DNA from: Halorhodospira halophila SL1
Lineage (GTDB): Bacteria; Pseudomonadota; Gammaproteobacteria; Nitrococcales; Halorhodospiraceae
DNA: 32,000 nucleotides
Reading direction: 5' to 3'
Assembly (NCBI RefSeq): GCF_000015585.1
Contig: NC_008789.1
Coordinates: 2,130,001 to 2,162,000, forward strand
The notes beneath the pieces are model-generated. The model saw only the letters and a list, made by a program, of their open reading frames with translations, had not been told where the DNA came from and ran no database searches. The translations under genes and the position numbers were made by a program. Positions 23,118 through 32,000 of this stretch are shown here, piece after piece (within the stretch, counting starts at the first letter, position 1; each line of letters opens with the position of its first letter).

Positions 23118-24671
23118 GTGAGCCAGGATCCCTTTGACGTACCGCCCCTTGCCGCGGACCCGGAGGCCAACGGCCCGCCGCACATGGAGACCGAAGCCAC
23201 CGGGCACGTGCGCCCGCACCCGGCCAGTAGTGAGCACCAACAGGCGCTCGGCTTCCCCGGCGAGATCCCGGAGGACTGGCAGGAGCGCGCCCTGGCCCGC
23301 ATGGAGACCCTGCTCGAGCGCAATCGCTCGCTGCGCGTCTACATGGACGCCTGCGTGCGCTGCGGCGCCTGCACCGACAAGTGCCACTTCTACCTGGGCA
23401 CCTCCGACCCGCAGAACATGCCCGTGGCCCGCCAGGATCTGATGCGCGACGTCTACCGGCGCCACTTCACCCCTGCCGGGCGCAACTTCCCCAGCCTGGT
23501 CCGTGGCCGCGAGCTGACCCGCGAGGTGATGGAGGCGTGGTTCACCTACTTTCATCAGTGCTCGCAGTGCCGGCGCTGCTCGGTCTTCTGCCCCTACGGC
23601 ATCGACACCGCCGAGATCTCCATGGCTGCTCGGGAGATCCTCGACGCCGCCGGCTTCGGCCAGAAGTACACCAACGAGATCATCGGCAAGGTCCACAAGG
23701 TGGGCAATAACCTCGGCCTCCCCGGGCCGGCACTGGAGGACACCCTTGAGGGTCTGGAGGAGGACCTCAAGGACGACACCGGCCACGACATCCGCATCCC
23801 CCTCGACCAGGAGGGCGCGGACATCCTGCTGGTCACCCCGTCAGCAGACTTCTTCGCCGAGCCCCACGTCGACGGCCTGATGGGGTACGCCAAGGTCCTG
23901 CACCAGGCCGGGCTCTCCTGGACGCTGAGTTCCTACGCCTCGGAGGCGGCCAACTTCGGGATGTTCATCGGCAGCTACGAGCAGATGAAGCAGATCGCCG
24001 AGCGCATCCGCAAGGCCGCCGTCGACCTGGGCGTCAAGCGCATCGTGGTCGGCGAGTGCGGCCACGCCTGGCGGGTGGCGTACAGCTTCTGGAACACCCT
24101 GGCCGGCATCGGCCGCGGGGCCGACGCCGACGACGAGTACGCGCGGGCCCTGCAGCGCCAGCTCGATCCGCGTTACCCGGTACCGCAGCACATCTGCGAA
24201 CTCACCCAGGACCTGGTCGATCGTGGCGCCATCCGCCTTGATCCGGAGGCCAACAGCCACTACGGCGGTGTCACCTTCCACGATTCCTGCAACGTCGCCC
24301 GCGCCTCCCGCATGGGGCAGCGCCCCGGGGGGCAGCTGGAGATCCCCCGCCGGCTGCTGCGCGCCAGTGTCCACAACTACCAGGACATGGCCGACGCCAC
24401 CATCGGCGACCGGACCTTCTGCTGCGGGGGCGGGGGCGGTCTGCTGACCGACGAACTCATGGAGCTGCGCGTCAAGGGCGCGCAGCCGCGCGTCTCGGCG
24501 CTGCGCGAGACCATGGACGAACACGGGGTCGACCGCATGGTGGCCATCTGCGCCATCTGCAAGGCCCAGTTCAGCAAGGTCCTGCCGTACTACGACATCC
24601 CGCGCGAGACCATCATCAGCCTCCACGAGGTGGTGGGCAACGCGGTGCGGCTGGATCGCAGCGAGGCTTGA
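23118..24671 (+). CDS. dsrK: DsrK, HdrD-like iron-sulfur catalytic subunit
   Basis: CVRCGACTDKCHFY and CSQCRRCSVFCPYG ferredoxin motifs are present. CCG-type Cys-rich domains follow (FHDSCNVAR, TFCCGGGGG, CAICKAQ). It is 517 aa. Confidence 0.93.
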   Translation: MSQDPFDVPPLAADPEANGPPHMETEATGHVRPHPASSEHQQALGFPGEIPEDWQERALARMETLLERNRSLRVYMDACVRCGACTDKCHFYLGTSDPQNMPVARQDLMRDVYRRHFTPAGRNFPSLVRGRELTREVMEAWFTYFHQCSQCRRCSVFCPYGIDTAEISMAAREILDAAGFGQKYTNEIIGKVHKVGNNLGLPGPALEDTLEGLEEDLKDDTGHDIRIPLDQEGADILLVTPSADFFAEPHVDGLMGYAKVLHQAGLSWTLSSYASEAANFGMFIGSYEQMKQIAERIRKAAVDLGVKRIVVGECGHAWRVAYSFWNTLAGIGRGADADDEYARALQRQLDPRYPVPQHICELTQDLVDRGAIRLDPEANSHYGGVTFHDSCNVARASRMGQRPGGQLEIPRRLLRASVHNYQDMADATIGDRTFCCGGGGGLLTDELMELRVKGAQPRVSALRETMDEHGVDRMVAICAICKAQFSKVLPYYDIPRETIISLHEVVGNAVRLDRSEA

Positions 24672-24722
24672 GCCGGCGCTGGGCCCCGCGCGGGCCCCGG
24701 CCGAATAACGAGGGAGAGAGTC

Positions 24723-26666
24723 ATGGCGACCCACGCGGAAGAGATCCCCTTCACGTTCCGTCGTTACCGCGACGGCGACGACCGGCAGCGCGCCTGGCGC
24801 GAGCAGATCTTCAAGGCGGACACCTCCCACAAGTGTCCGACCTACGTCCACCGCACCCCCCCGTGCCAGGCCAACTGCCCGGCCGGCGAGGAGATCCGCG
24901 GCTGGCTCCACGCCGCCCGCGGCCTGGAGCAGCCCGCCGAGGGTGAAGAGTGGCAGGCGCTCGCCTTCCGGCGCCTGGCCGCCGCCAACCCCTTCCCGGC
25001 GGTGATGGGGCGCGTCTGCCCGGCCCCCTGTCAGCAGGGCTGCAACCGGCGGGTCGTCGACGACCACATCGCCATCAACGCCATCGAGCACACCATCGGC
25101 GACTACGCCCGCGCGCACGCCCTCGACCTCGGCGAACCGGGGAGCGACACCGGGCACCACGTCGCCGTCATCGGCGGCGGCCCGGCCGGGCTGTCCGCCG
25201 CCTACCAGCTGCGCAAGCGCGGCCACCGCTGCACCCTGTTCGAGGCGCAGCCGGAGCTCGGCGGCATGATGCGCTACGGCATCCCCGGCTACCGCGTCCC
25301 CCGCGAGGTGGTCGACACCGAGATCCAGCGCATCCTCGACCTCGACGTCGAGGTCCGGACCGGGTGCCGAGTCGGCGAGCAGATCACCCTCGAGCAGCTC
25401 GACGCGGATTACGACGCCGTCCTGTGGGCCGTGGGCACCCATGAGGGACGCCCGCTACCGGTGGAGGGCTGGGACGAAGCGCCCAACTGCCTCACCGGCG
25501 TCGAGTTCCTGCGCGCCTTCAACGAGGGCCGCCTGGGTGCAGTGAGCGATCGCATCCTGGTCATCGGCGGTGGTGACACCTCCATCGACGTGGCCTCGGT
25601 GGCCCGGCGCCTGGGCTACAGCACCGAGTTGCCCGACGAGGAGCGGCCGGAGCACGCCGTGCTCGGCTACACCGCCCATGACGCCGCCAACCTGGCCATC
25701 CGCGAAGGGGCCGATGTGGTTCTCACCTCCCTCTTCCCCCGCGAGGAGATGGCCGCCTCTGAGCAGGAGATCGAGGACGCCCTGCGCGAGGGGGTGACCA
25801 TCCGCGACGGGGTGATGCCCCTGACCGTCGAGCGCGACGAGAACGGCCGCGCCTGCGCGGTGCGCTTCGCCGAGTGCCGCATGGAGGGCAACACCCCGCA
25901 CCCGGTGGAGGGGACCGAGTTCCGGGTCGAGACCGACCTGGTCATCGCCGCCATCGGCCAGCGGGGCAACCTGGAGGGGCTCGAAGAGCTCGACAACGGC
26001 CACGGCTTCATGGACGCCGACAAGTCGTTCCAGCTCAGCGGCCGGCCCGGCCACTTCGTCGCCGGGGACATCATCCAGCCCCACCTGCTGACGACCGCCG
26101 TCGGGCAGGCAGCCACGGCGGTACGCGGGATCGACGCCTACCTCGCGGGCCAGGAACCGGCCCGCCCGCCCAAGGTCAATGGCCACCACTTCCGGCTGCT
26201 CGACGCCCTGCGTCGTGCCGGCCGCGAACCGGAGCCCTACGAGCCGCAGGCGGTGCGCGGCACCGACGCCAGCGGCTTCGCCATCCACAACTTCGAAGAC
26301 CGCGCCACCCACGAGGTGATCCGCCACGACCGGCTTTACCTGGGCCACTTCACCCCGGCCGAGCGCCCGGAGCGTGAGCGCCGGGCCATCGACCCGGACG
26401 GCGTGATCGGCGACTTCAACGAGCGCATCCAGCCGCTGCCCGCCGAAACGGCGCGGACCGAGGCCCGGCGCTGCATGAGCTGTGGCCTGTGCTTCGAGTG
26501 CGATAACTGCCTGGTCTACTGCCCGCAGAGCGCCGTGCAGCGGGTACCCAAGGCCGAGCGAGCCACCGGCCGCTACGTGCGTACCGATTACAGCCGCTGC
26601 GTGGGCTGCCACATCTGCCGGGACGTCTGTCCGACCGGCTACATCGAGATGGGGCTCGGCGAGTAG
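24723..26666 (+). CDS. dsrL: DsrL, NAD(P)H:acceptor oxidoreductase (glutamate synthase small-subunit-like iron-sulfur flavoprotein)
   Basis: It has an N-terminal FeS region (CPTYVHRTPPCQANCPAGE, CPAPCQQGC) and dinucleotide sites (VAVIGGGPAGLSAA, ILVIGGGDTSIDVA). A C-terminal 2x[4Fe-4S] ferredoxin domain follows (CMSCGLCFECDNCLVYCP, CVGCHICRDVCP). It is 647 aa. Confidence 0.93.
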   Translation: MATHAEEIPFTFRRYRDGDDRQRAWREQIFKADTSHKCPTYVHRTPPCQANCPAGEEIRGWLHAARGLEQPAEGEEWQALAFRRLAAANPFPAVMGRVCPAPCQQGCNRRVVDDHIAINAIEHTIGDYARAHALDLGEPGSDTGHHVAVIGGGPAGLSAAYQLRKRGHRCTLFEAQPELGGMMRYGIPGYRVPREVVDTEIQRILDLDVEVRTGCRVGEQITLEQLDADYDAVLWAVGTHEGRPLPVEGWDEAPNCLTGVEFLRAFNEGRLGAVSDRILVIGGGDTSIDVASVARRLGYSTELPDEERPEHAVLGYTAHDAANLAIREGADVVLTSLFPREEMAASEQEIEDALREGVTIRDGVMPLTVERDENGRACAVRFAECRMEGNTPHPVEGTEFRVETDLVIAAIGQRGNLEGLEELDNGHGFMDADKSFQLSGRPGHFVAGDIIQPHLLTTAVGQAATAVRGIDAYLAGQEPARPPKVNGHHFRLLDALRRAGREPEPYEPQAVRGTDASGFAIHNFEDRATHEVIRHDRLYLGHFTPAERPERERRAIDPDGVIGDFNERIQPLPAETARTEARRCMSCGLCFECDNCLVYCPQSAVQRVPKAERATGRYVRTDYSRCVGCHICRDVCPTGYIEMGLGE

Positions 26667-26678
26667 GGGGGACCGGCC

Positions 26679-27092
26679 ATGCGGCGTCAACAGCGACTGG
26701 CGTGGATCGGCTCCGGGGCCGCCGGGGTGCTTGCGGCCACCGGCCTCGCCCTGGCCGTCGGCGGATGGCCCGGAGACGGCGACGAACCGGCGGCGCTCGC
26801 CGACCGCCCCGAGCCCCAGGGCGAGGCCTGTATCCACGATGACCCGGCCACCATGCGTCGCGAGCACATGGACCTGCTCCGGGCCCACAAGGATGCATCG
26901 GTGCGGGAGGGGCAGCGCGATCCCGAGAAGAGCCTGCAGGGGTGCGTGAACTGCCACGCCACACCGGGGGATCAACAGGAGCAGGGCGTCCCCGAGATGG
27001 CCTTCTGCACCAGCTGCCACGATTACACCGCGGTGGAGATGGAGTGCTTCCACTGCCACAGCAGCGACACGGAGGGGCACGATGAGCGATAA
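26679..27092 (+). CDS. dsrJ: DsrJ, periplasmic triheme cytochrome c
   Basis: A signal/anchor sequence is followed by three CxxCH motifs (CVNCH, CTSCH, CFHCH). It is 137 aa. Confidence 0.92.
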   Translation: MRRQQRLAWIGSGAAGVLAATGLALAVGGWPGDGDEPAALADRPEPQGEACIHDDPATMRREHMDLLRAHKDASVREGQRDPEKSLQGCVNCHATPGDQQEQGVPEMAFCTSCHDYTAVEMECFHCHSSDTEGHDER

Positions 27093-27819
27093 GGATCCGG
27101 TGGGCATCAGCCGCCGGCGGCTGCTCGGTGGTGCGGCGGCGCTCGCCGGCGCCGCCCTCGCTCCGGGGCTGTTCCTGGTCCAGGCACGCCCCGATGGCGG
27201 TGCCGATGCCGGGGTCCGCTGGGGCCTGCTGGTCGACACCACCCGCTGCGCGGAAGACTGCCAAGCCTGCGTGGACGCCTGCCGCGAGGAAAACGGTTGG
27301 CCCGCCGGCGACGGTTCGGCCGGCGACATCCACTGGATCCGCAAGGTCGACCTCGAACCGGTGCGGGAAGACGGCCCCGGCCATTCCGCGCCGGTGATGT
27401 GTCAGCACTGCGCCGAGCCGCCTTGCGTCAGCGTCTGCCCCACCCGGGCCTCATTCCGGCGCGCCGACGGCATCGTCCTGGTCGACAAGCACCGCTGCAT
27501 TGGCTGTCGCTACTGCATGGTCGCCTGCCCGTTCCACGCTCGCGCCTTCGTCGACGAACCCGTGGCCGAGCGCTCACCCAATCATCCGCGAGGCAAGGGA
27601 ACCGTGGAGGCGTGCACCCTCTGCGTACACCGCATCGACCGGGGCGAGGCGCCGGCCTGCGTGGCGCGCTGTGCCGAGACGGGACACGCGGCGCTGATCT
27701 TCGGCGACCTGAACGACCCCGACAGCGAGATTCGCCAGGCCCTGCGCAAGCACCGGGCCGAGCCCCTGCGCCCGGATCTGGCACTGGATGCCGGCGTGCG
27801 CTACCACGGACTGTCCTGA
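27082..27819 (+). CDS. dsrO: DsrO, periplasmic 4Fe-4S ferredoxin-like subunit
   Basis: Tat leader ISRRRLLGGAAALAGAALA. Several CxxCxxCxxxC clusters are present (CIGCRYCMVACP, CQHCAEPPCVSVCP). It overlaps dsrJ by 11 nt. Confidence 0.92.
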   Translation: MSDKDPVGISRRRLLGGAAALAGAALAPGLFLVQARPDGGADAGVRWGLLVDTTRCAEDCQACVDACREENGWPAGDGSAGDIHWIRKVDLEPVREDGPGHSAPVMCQHCAEPPCVSVCPTRASFRRADGIVLVDKHRCIGCRYCMVACPFHARAFVDEPVAERSPNHPRGKGTVEACTLCVHRIDRGEAPACVARCAETGHAALIFGDLNDPDSEIRQALRKHRAEPLRPDLALDAGVRYHGLS

Positions 27820-27832
27820 GGGAGCATCAGCC

Positions 27833-29083
27833 ATGGCGGCACGGATTCGTTATCAACACCTGGGCACACGCCACCCGCTACGCTGGGCTGCGGCCCTGGC
27901 CGGTGCCGGCCTGCTGACGCTGATCGGGGCGGCGGCAGGGCTCTACCTCATCGTCGCCGGTCACCACCTGACCGGCATGGGTCAGCAGGTGGTCTGGGGC
28001 TGGCCCCATGTGGTCGCCATCGGCCTGATCCTCGCCGGCAGCGGGGCTTTCGCCCTGGCGGCGCTGGCCCCCACCACCCTGGGACACCCGGGCGAGCCGT
28101 GGGCACGCCTGGGCACGGTGGCCGCCGCGGCCCTACTGATTGGCGGACTCGCGGTCCTCAGTCTGGACCTGGGCAGCCCGCAGCGCATCCTTCCGCCGCT
28201 GGAGCTCAATCTGATGTCGAGCTTCAGCCGCAACCTGTTCCTCTACACGGCGTTCCTGATCATCGCCTTGCTCTATCTGGCCACCCTGCTGGAACCGCGC
28301 CTGCGCCGTTTCGCTGCGGCAGCCGGCGGCCTGGCCGCCGCGGTGGCGGTCCTCCTGGCGCTAAACGTCGGCTCGATCTTCGCCATGCTCGCCGCCCGCC
28401 CGGTGTTCGGCGGCGCCATCATGATGCCGCTCTTCCTCGCCGCCGCCCTGACCCTGGGCACGGCGACCCTCTCCCTGATCTGGCTGGCGGTGCTGCGCGC
28501 CCAGGGCCAGGAGCCACCGCCGCGGGCCACCGGGCGCCTGGGCGCCCTCCTGCTGATCGCTGTACTGGCCCTCGCCGCCCTGCTGGCGCTGCACTTCCTG
28601 ACCCTCGCCTACCAGCCGGGCCATCGGGAGATCGCCCGTTTCCTCCTCGTCGACGGCGGCGTCTACCCGGTCGTGTTCTGGATCGGGGTAGTCGCTGTCG
28701 GCATCATCACGCCCACTCTCCTCCTGCTGCGGAAGGCGGCCCGCGCTCGCGGTCAGGCCCTCGCCTGGGCCTCGGGGGTTGCCCTGATCGGCGGGTTCGC
28801 CCATCTTTTCGTGATGATCGTCGGTGCCCAGGCCTTTCCGCTGCAGATCTTTCCCGGGCGAGAGGTCGAGGGGGCCGTCTTCGACGGGGAGGCTGCCTCT
28901 TACCTGCCCAGCGCCTGGGAGGCGCTGCTCGGGCTGGCCGGCCCCGGGCTGGCCCTGCTGATCCTGCTCCTGGCCCTGCGGGCACTGCCACTGACGGCGG
29001 TGCACTTCCCGGGGGAGCCGGCGGCGGCAGACGGGCCGATGGCGGCAGCCGATGCAGGAACGGCCGCCGAGCCCAGCCAGTGA
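27833..29083 (+). CDS. dsrP: DsrP, NrfD/PsrC-like integral membrane subunit
   Basis: ATG 27833 follows GAGGGAG, 13 nt after the dsrO stop. It has about 10 hydrophobic helices and is 416 aa with a short Ala/Pro-rich C-terminal tail. Confidence 0.9.
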   Translation: MAARIRYQHLGTRHPLRWAAALAGAGLLTLIGAAAGLYLIVAGHHLTGMGQQVVWGWPHVVAIGLILAGSGAFALAALAPTTLGHPGEPWARLGTVAAAALLIGGLAVLSLDLGSPQRILPPLELNLMSSFSRNLFLYTAFLIIALLYLATLLEPRLRRFAAAAGGLAAAVAVLLALNVGSIFAMLAARPVFGGAIMMPLFLAAALTLGTATLSLIWLAVLRAQGQEPPPRATGRLGALLLIAVLALAALLALHFLTLAYQPGHREIARFLLVDGGVYPVVFWIGVVAVGIITPTLLLLRKAARARGQALAWASGVALIGGFAHLFVMIVGAQAFPLQIFPGREVEGAVFDGEAASYLPSAWEALLGLAGPGLALLILLLALRALPLTAVHFPGEPAAADGPMAAADAGTAAEPSQ

Positions 29084-29091
29084 CGCACACC

Positions 29092-30492
29092 ATGACCCGA
29101 CCCCCCGCCCGGCTCTACCTTTCGGCCCTGCACAAGGGGTCCGGCAAGACCTCCCTGAGCGTCGGGCTCGCCGGGGCCCTAAACCGCCGGGGGCTCGCCG
29201 TCCACCCCTACAAGCGGGGCCCGGACTACATCGACCCCGGCTGGCTGACCCTCGCCAGCGGCCGGCCGTGCCGGAACCTCGACTACCACACCATGGAGTG
29301 CGACGAGATCCGGGCCGAAGTCGCCGCGGCGGATGGCGACCTGGCCCTGATCGAGGGCAACAAGGGGCTGCACGACGGCCTCGACCCCGACGGCCGCGAC
29401 AGCAACGCCGCCCTGGCGGCGGAGTTGCAAGCCCCCATCGTGCTGATCGTGGACGCCCGTGGCATGACCCGCGGGATCGCCCCCACGGTCCTCGGCCACG
29501 CCGGCTTCGACCCGCAGGCCCCGGTTGCCGGCGTGATCCTCAACCGCGTCGGCGGGGCACGCCACGAGCGCAAGCTGCGCCAGGCACTGGAGCGGTACAC
29601 CGACCTCCCGGTGCTCGGCGCCGTGCCCAATCACCCCGAGCTGCACATCGAGGCGCCTTACCTGGGCCTCATCCCGGCGGCGGAGCAGGAACGGGCCCAG
29701 GGGATCGTCGACCTGTGGGCCGACCGGGCCGAGGCGCACCTCGACCTGGAAGGTCTCCGGGAGCTGGCGGCGACCGCCCCGCCGCTCCACGCCCCGGCCC
29801 AGCCGAACACCGCAGCGAGGAGGGCCGACGTCGACATCGGCATCGCCCACGACCGCGCGTTCAACTTCTACTACCCCGGCGACCTGGAGGCCCTGGAGCG
29901 CGCCGGTGCCCGACTCCGCTGGATCGACCTGACCGCTGACACCGAACTTCCTGCCGTGGACGGGCTCATCATCGGCGGTGGCTTCCCGGAACGCCACGCC
30001 GCGGAACTCGCTGCCAACCACGCGATGAAGCGGGCGGTGGCCGAGGCCTCCGCCGCGGGCCTGCCGATCTACGCCGAGTGCGGCGGACTGCTTTACCTGT
30101 GCCGGCGACTGAACACCGGGGACGGCCATCACATCATGGCCGGTGTCTTCCCGCTGGATGCGGAGATGACCGGCCGTCCCCAGGGCCACGGGTACATGAC
30201 CCTGCAGACCACGCCGGAGACCCCCTGGAGTCCGGCGCCCGGGACGACGGCCCTGCCCGCCCACGAATTCCACTACTCCAGACTGCGCGAGCCGGTGCCT
30301 GAGGAACTCCCCTGTGCCTATCGGGTCACCCGCGGGCAGGGGCTCGGCGGGTGCCGCGATGGGCTGATCAAGGGCAATACCGTCGCCTCCTACGCCCACC
30401 TGCGCCACACCTGGACCACCCCCTGGGCCGAGCGATTCGTGGCCTTCGTGCGGGAGCAGAGGCGAAGCGCGGCACCGACCGCCCCTTGCTGA
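29092..30492 (+). CDS. dsrN: DsrN, cobyrinic acid a,c-diamide synthase-like siroheme amidase
   Basis: ATG 29092 lies 8 nt after the dsrP stop. It has a P-loop ALHKGSGKTSLSVGLAG and a CobB/CbiA-type glutamine amidotransferase domain (IYAECGGLLYL...HEFHYS). It is the last gene of the dsr cluster. Confidence 0.9.
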   Translation: MTRPPARLYLSALHKGSGKTSLSVGLAGALNRRGLAVHPYKRGPDYIDPGWLTLASGRPCRNLDYHTMECDEIRAEVAAADGDLALIEGNKGLHDGLDPDGRDSNAALAAELQAPIVLIVDARGMTRGIAPTVLGHAGFDPQAPVAGVILNRVGGARHERKLRQALERYTDLPVLGAVPNHPELHIEAPYLGLIPAAEQERAQGIVDLWADRAEAHLDLEGLRELAATAPPLHAPAQPNTAARRADVDIGIAHDRAFNFYYPGDLEALERAGARLRWIDLTADTELPAVDGLIIGGGFPERHAAELAANHAMKRAVAEASAAGLPIYAECGGLLYLCRRLNTGDGHHIMAGVFPLDAEMTGRPQGHGYMTLQTTPETPWSPAPGTTALPAHEFHYSRLREPVPEELPCAYRVTRGQGLGGCRDGLIKGNTVASYAHLRHTWTTPWAERFVAFVREQRRSAAPTAPC

Positions 30493-30517
30493 CGTTTGCG
30501 TCAGATCAATTTTTTTT
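30489..30517 (+). terminator. Intrinsic terminator candidate after dsrN
   Basis: ctgacg (30489-30494), a tttg loop, then cgtcag (30499-30504). A run of 8 T (30510-30517) follows 5 nt later. This is the only T8 run in the window. Confidence 0.55.
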
Positions 30518-30676
30518 GCCGCTCCCCCCTTTATTCCCGTGTTGGTGATGAATATAGTCTGAATATATGAAGCGGATAGCCGCGGCCTTAAGCGGCTTGA
30601 AGCAACAGCAACGGCCCTAACAAAAACAAGGAATTAAGTTCCCAAAGGGGCCCCCGGTTGACCGTCAGGAGGAGAC

Positions 30677-32000
30677 ATGTACGCTGGGAGAGATACGGAC
30701 CCGACCGGCCCACGCCGGCAGCGGGGGGCAGGAGCTGTCGAGCCCCTCACCGTACGGGAGCCCCGTGGGCACGGCCCCCGGGACGGTGGTGGCAGTGCCG
30801 GCCGTTGGCACCCGGTGCGCCGCCTCCGGGCCCCCCCCACCCCCACGCCCTACCCCGACACCCCGAATGTGCCTGCGTCATCGGCCAGCGAACAGGAGGC
30901 CCTGCACCTGCTCAGCGCCCTCGGCGTGGTGGCGGCCCAGGCGCGGGATCTCGATGAACTGCTTCAGGGCAGCCTGGAACGGCTGATCGAACAGACCGGT
31001 GCCACGGCGGCTGCCGTACGACTCTTCGACGAACAGGGCAGCCTGCGCCTGGTCGAGGCAAGCGGGCTCAACGCCGGCTTTATCGATGCCGAGCGCCGCC
31101 AGCCGGCGGCGGGCTGCTCCTGCGCCATCGCCGGGGAACGCGGCACCGTGCAGTTCCGGGGCGACCTGCGCCAGTGCATCCGCCGCAGCGGCTGCAACCC
31201 GCTGCCCAACCGACCCCAGCTGGCCATGCTGGCGGTGCCGATCCTCGATCCCGCGGGCGAGAGGGTGGGCATCTACAACATCTATCTGGAACCGAGCGAG
31301 GCCCAGCGCTGGATGCATCCGCCACGCATGCTGGAGTGGATCGGGCACCAGCTGGGCGCGGCGATCGCCCGGGTCCGCGACGAGTACCGCAGCCACCAGG
31401 GGGCCCTGCAGGAGGAGCGCAACCTCCTCGCCCACGAGCTGCACGACACGGTTGCCCAGGAGGTGGCCACGCTGCGCCTGCGGGTCCGCCAACTGGAGGA
31501 GCGGGCACGCGGCGATGCCGACACCGCGGCCCTGCTCGCCCCGCTGGAGGATCTGCGCACCCGACTCGACCACACCAACGACCAGGTCCGCACGGTGATG
31601 CAGCAATTCCGTACCCAGGCCCTGGGTACACCGCTGGAGACGGCGCTGAGCCGCCTGGCCAACCGCTTCCGGCGCGACAGCGGCATCGAGGTCCGCCTGA
31701 TCCATCGTTGGCCGGAGCTCGCCCTGGGCGAGCGCGAGCAGCTGCACATCCACCGCATCGTCGAGGAGGCCCTGTCCAACGCCTGGCACCACGGCGGCGC
31801 CCGCAACGTGCGCCTGCAGCTCGAGACCCCCGGCGGGGATCTCTGCCTGCTGATCGAGGACGACGGATGCGGCTTCGTGGTGGACGATGTACCGGACTCC
31901 GACCCGGCCGAGAGCCGGGGACACGGCCTGCGGGGGATGCGCGAGCGCGCCCGCCACCTGGGCGCCATCCTCACCGTGGAGAGCGATCCCGGCCAGGGCA
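30677..32000 (+). CDS. GAF-domain sensor histidine kinase, HisKA_3/NarX-UhpB type (3' end outside the window)
   Basis: This ORF is not in the supplied track because it runs off the window. The frame is open from ATG 30677 (AGGAGGAG Shine-Dalgarno) to 32000. It has a GAF-like region (EALHLLSALGVVAAQARDLDELL...LAVPILDP...IYNIYL) and an H-box EERNLLAHELHDTVAQE. An HATPase_c N-box (IVEEALSNAWHHG) and G-box (DDGCGF...GHGLRGMRERA) follow. The start is uncertain because the first ~70 aa are Pro/Arg/Gly-rich. Confidence 0.8.
   Translation, partial: MYAGRDTDPTGPRRQRGAGAVEPLTVREPRGHGPRDGGGSAGRWHPVRRLRAPPTPTPYPDTPNVPASSASEQEALHLLSALGVVAAQARDLDELLQGSLERLIEQTGATAAAVRLFDEQGSLRLVEASGLNAGFIDAERRQPAAGCSCAIAGERGTVQFRGDLRQCIRRSGCNPLPNRPQLAMLAVPILDPAGERVGIYNIYLEPSEAQRWMHPPRMLEWIGHQLGAAIARVRDEYRSHQGALQEERNLLAHELHDTVAQEVATLRLRVRQLEERARGDADTAALLAPLEDLRTRLDHTNDQVRTVMQQFRTQALGTPLETALSRLANRFRRDSGIEVRLIHRWPELALGEREQLHIHRIVEEALSNAWHHGGARNVRLQLETPGGDLCLLIEDDGCGFVVDDVPDSDPAESRGHGLRGMRERARHLGAILTVESDPGQG

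Noticed and set aside
28099-30492. 797-aa ORF suggesting a giant DsrN fusion
   Set aside because: The first ~330 codons overlap dsrP in another frame and are Arg/Pro/Gly-rich. The CobB-like sequence begins at ATG 29092, right after the dsrP stop.
1-32000. Mobile elements, integrases, tRNA/rRNA genes, or compositional islands indicating recent horizontal transfer
   Set aside because: No transposase- or integrase-like translations, terminal inverted repeats or tRNA-like cloverleaf candidates were noticed in the short intergenic regions. GC content and codon bias are uniform across all genes.

Overview
This high-GC (about 68-70%) window is almost entirely a sulfur-oxidation island of a gammaproteobacterial purple sulfur bacterium. 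Gene content, acidic proteins and a fused soxXA suggest a halophilic Ectothiorhodospiraceae such as Halorhodospira; this is an inference, not verified. In order, the window holds: the 3' end of an MBL-fold hydrolase gene; cysG (siroheme synthase); a minus-strand operon orf63-tusA-soeA-soeB-soeC (cytoplasm-facing sulfite:quinone oxidoreductase type, no Tat signal on the catalytic subunit); soxB, a SoxH-like MBL gene, soxY and soxZ; a minus-strand operon of porin, fccA, fccB, a DsbC-like thioredoxin-fold gene and a secreted DsrE-fold gene; a fused soxX-soxA gene; a tightly coupled minus-strand pair (a Cas6/Cmx6-like RAMP protein plus a 191-aa unknown) divergent from dsrA; a complete dsrABEFHCMKLJOPN cluster ending in a hairpin plus T8 terminator; an AT-rich 184-bp spacer; and the 5' part of a GAF-HisKA_3 sensor kinase with a four-Cys cluster. 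No rRNA, tRNA, CRISPR array, transposase or integrase was seen. The most unusual item is the orphan Cas6/Cmx6-like gene pair inside the sox/dsr island. Other items worth a second look are the porin-fccAB-DsbC-DsrE operon, the SoxXA fusion, the Cys-rich GAF kinase, and a recurring CCC-(A-rich)-GGG(A/T)TA / TATTCC element in the promoter regions. The many long antisense ORFs in the track are high-GC artefacts.
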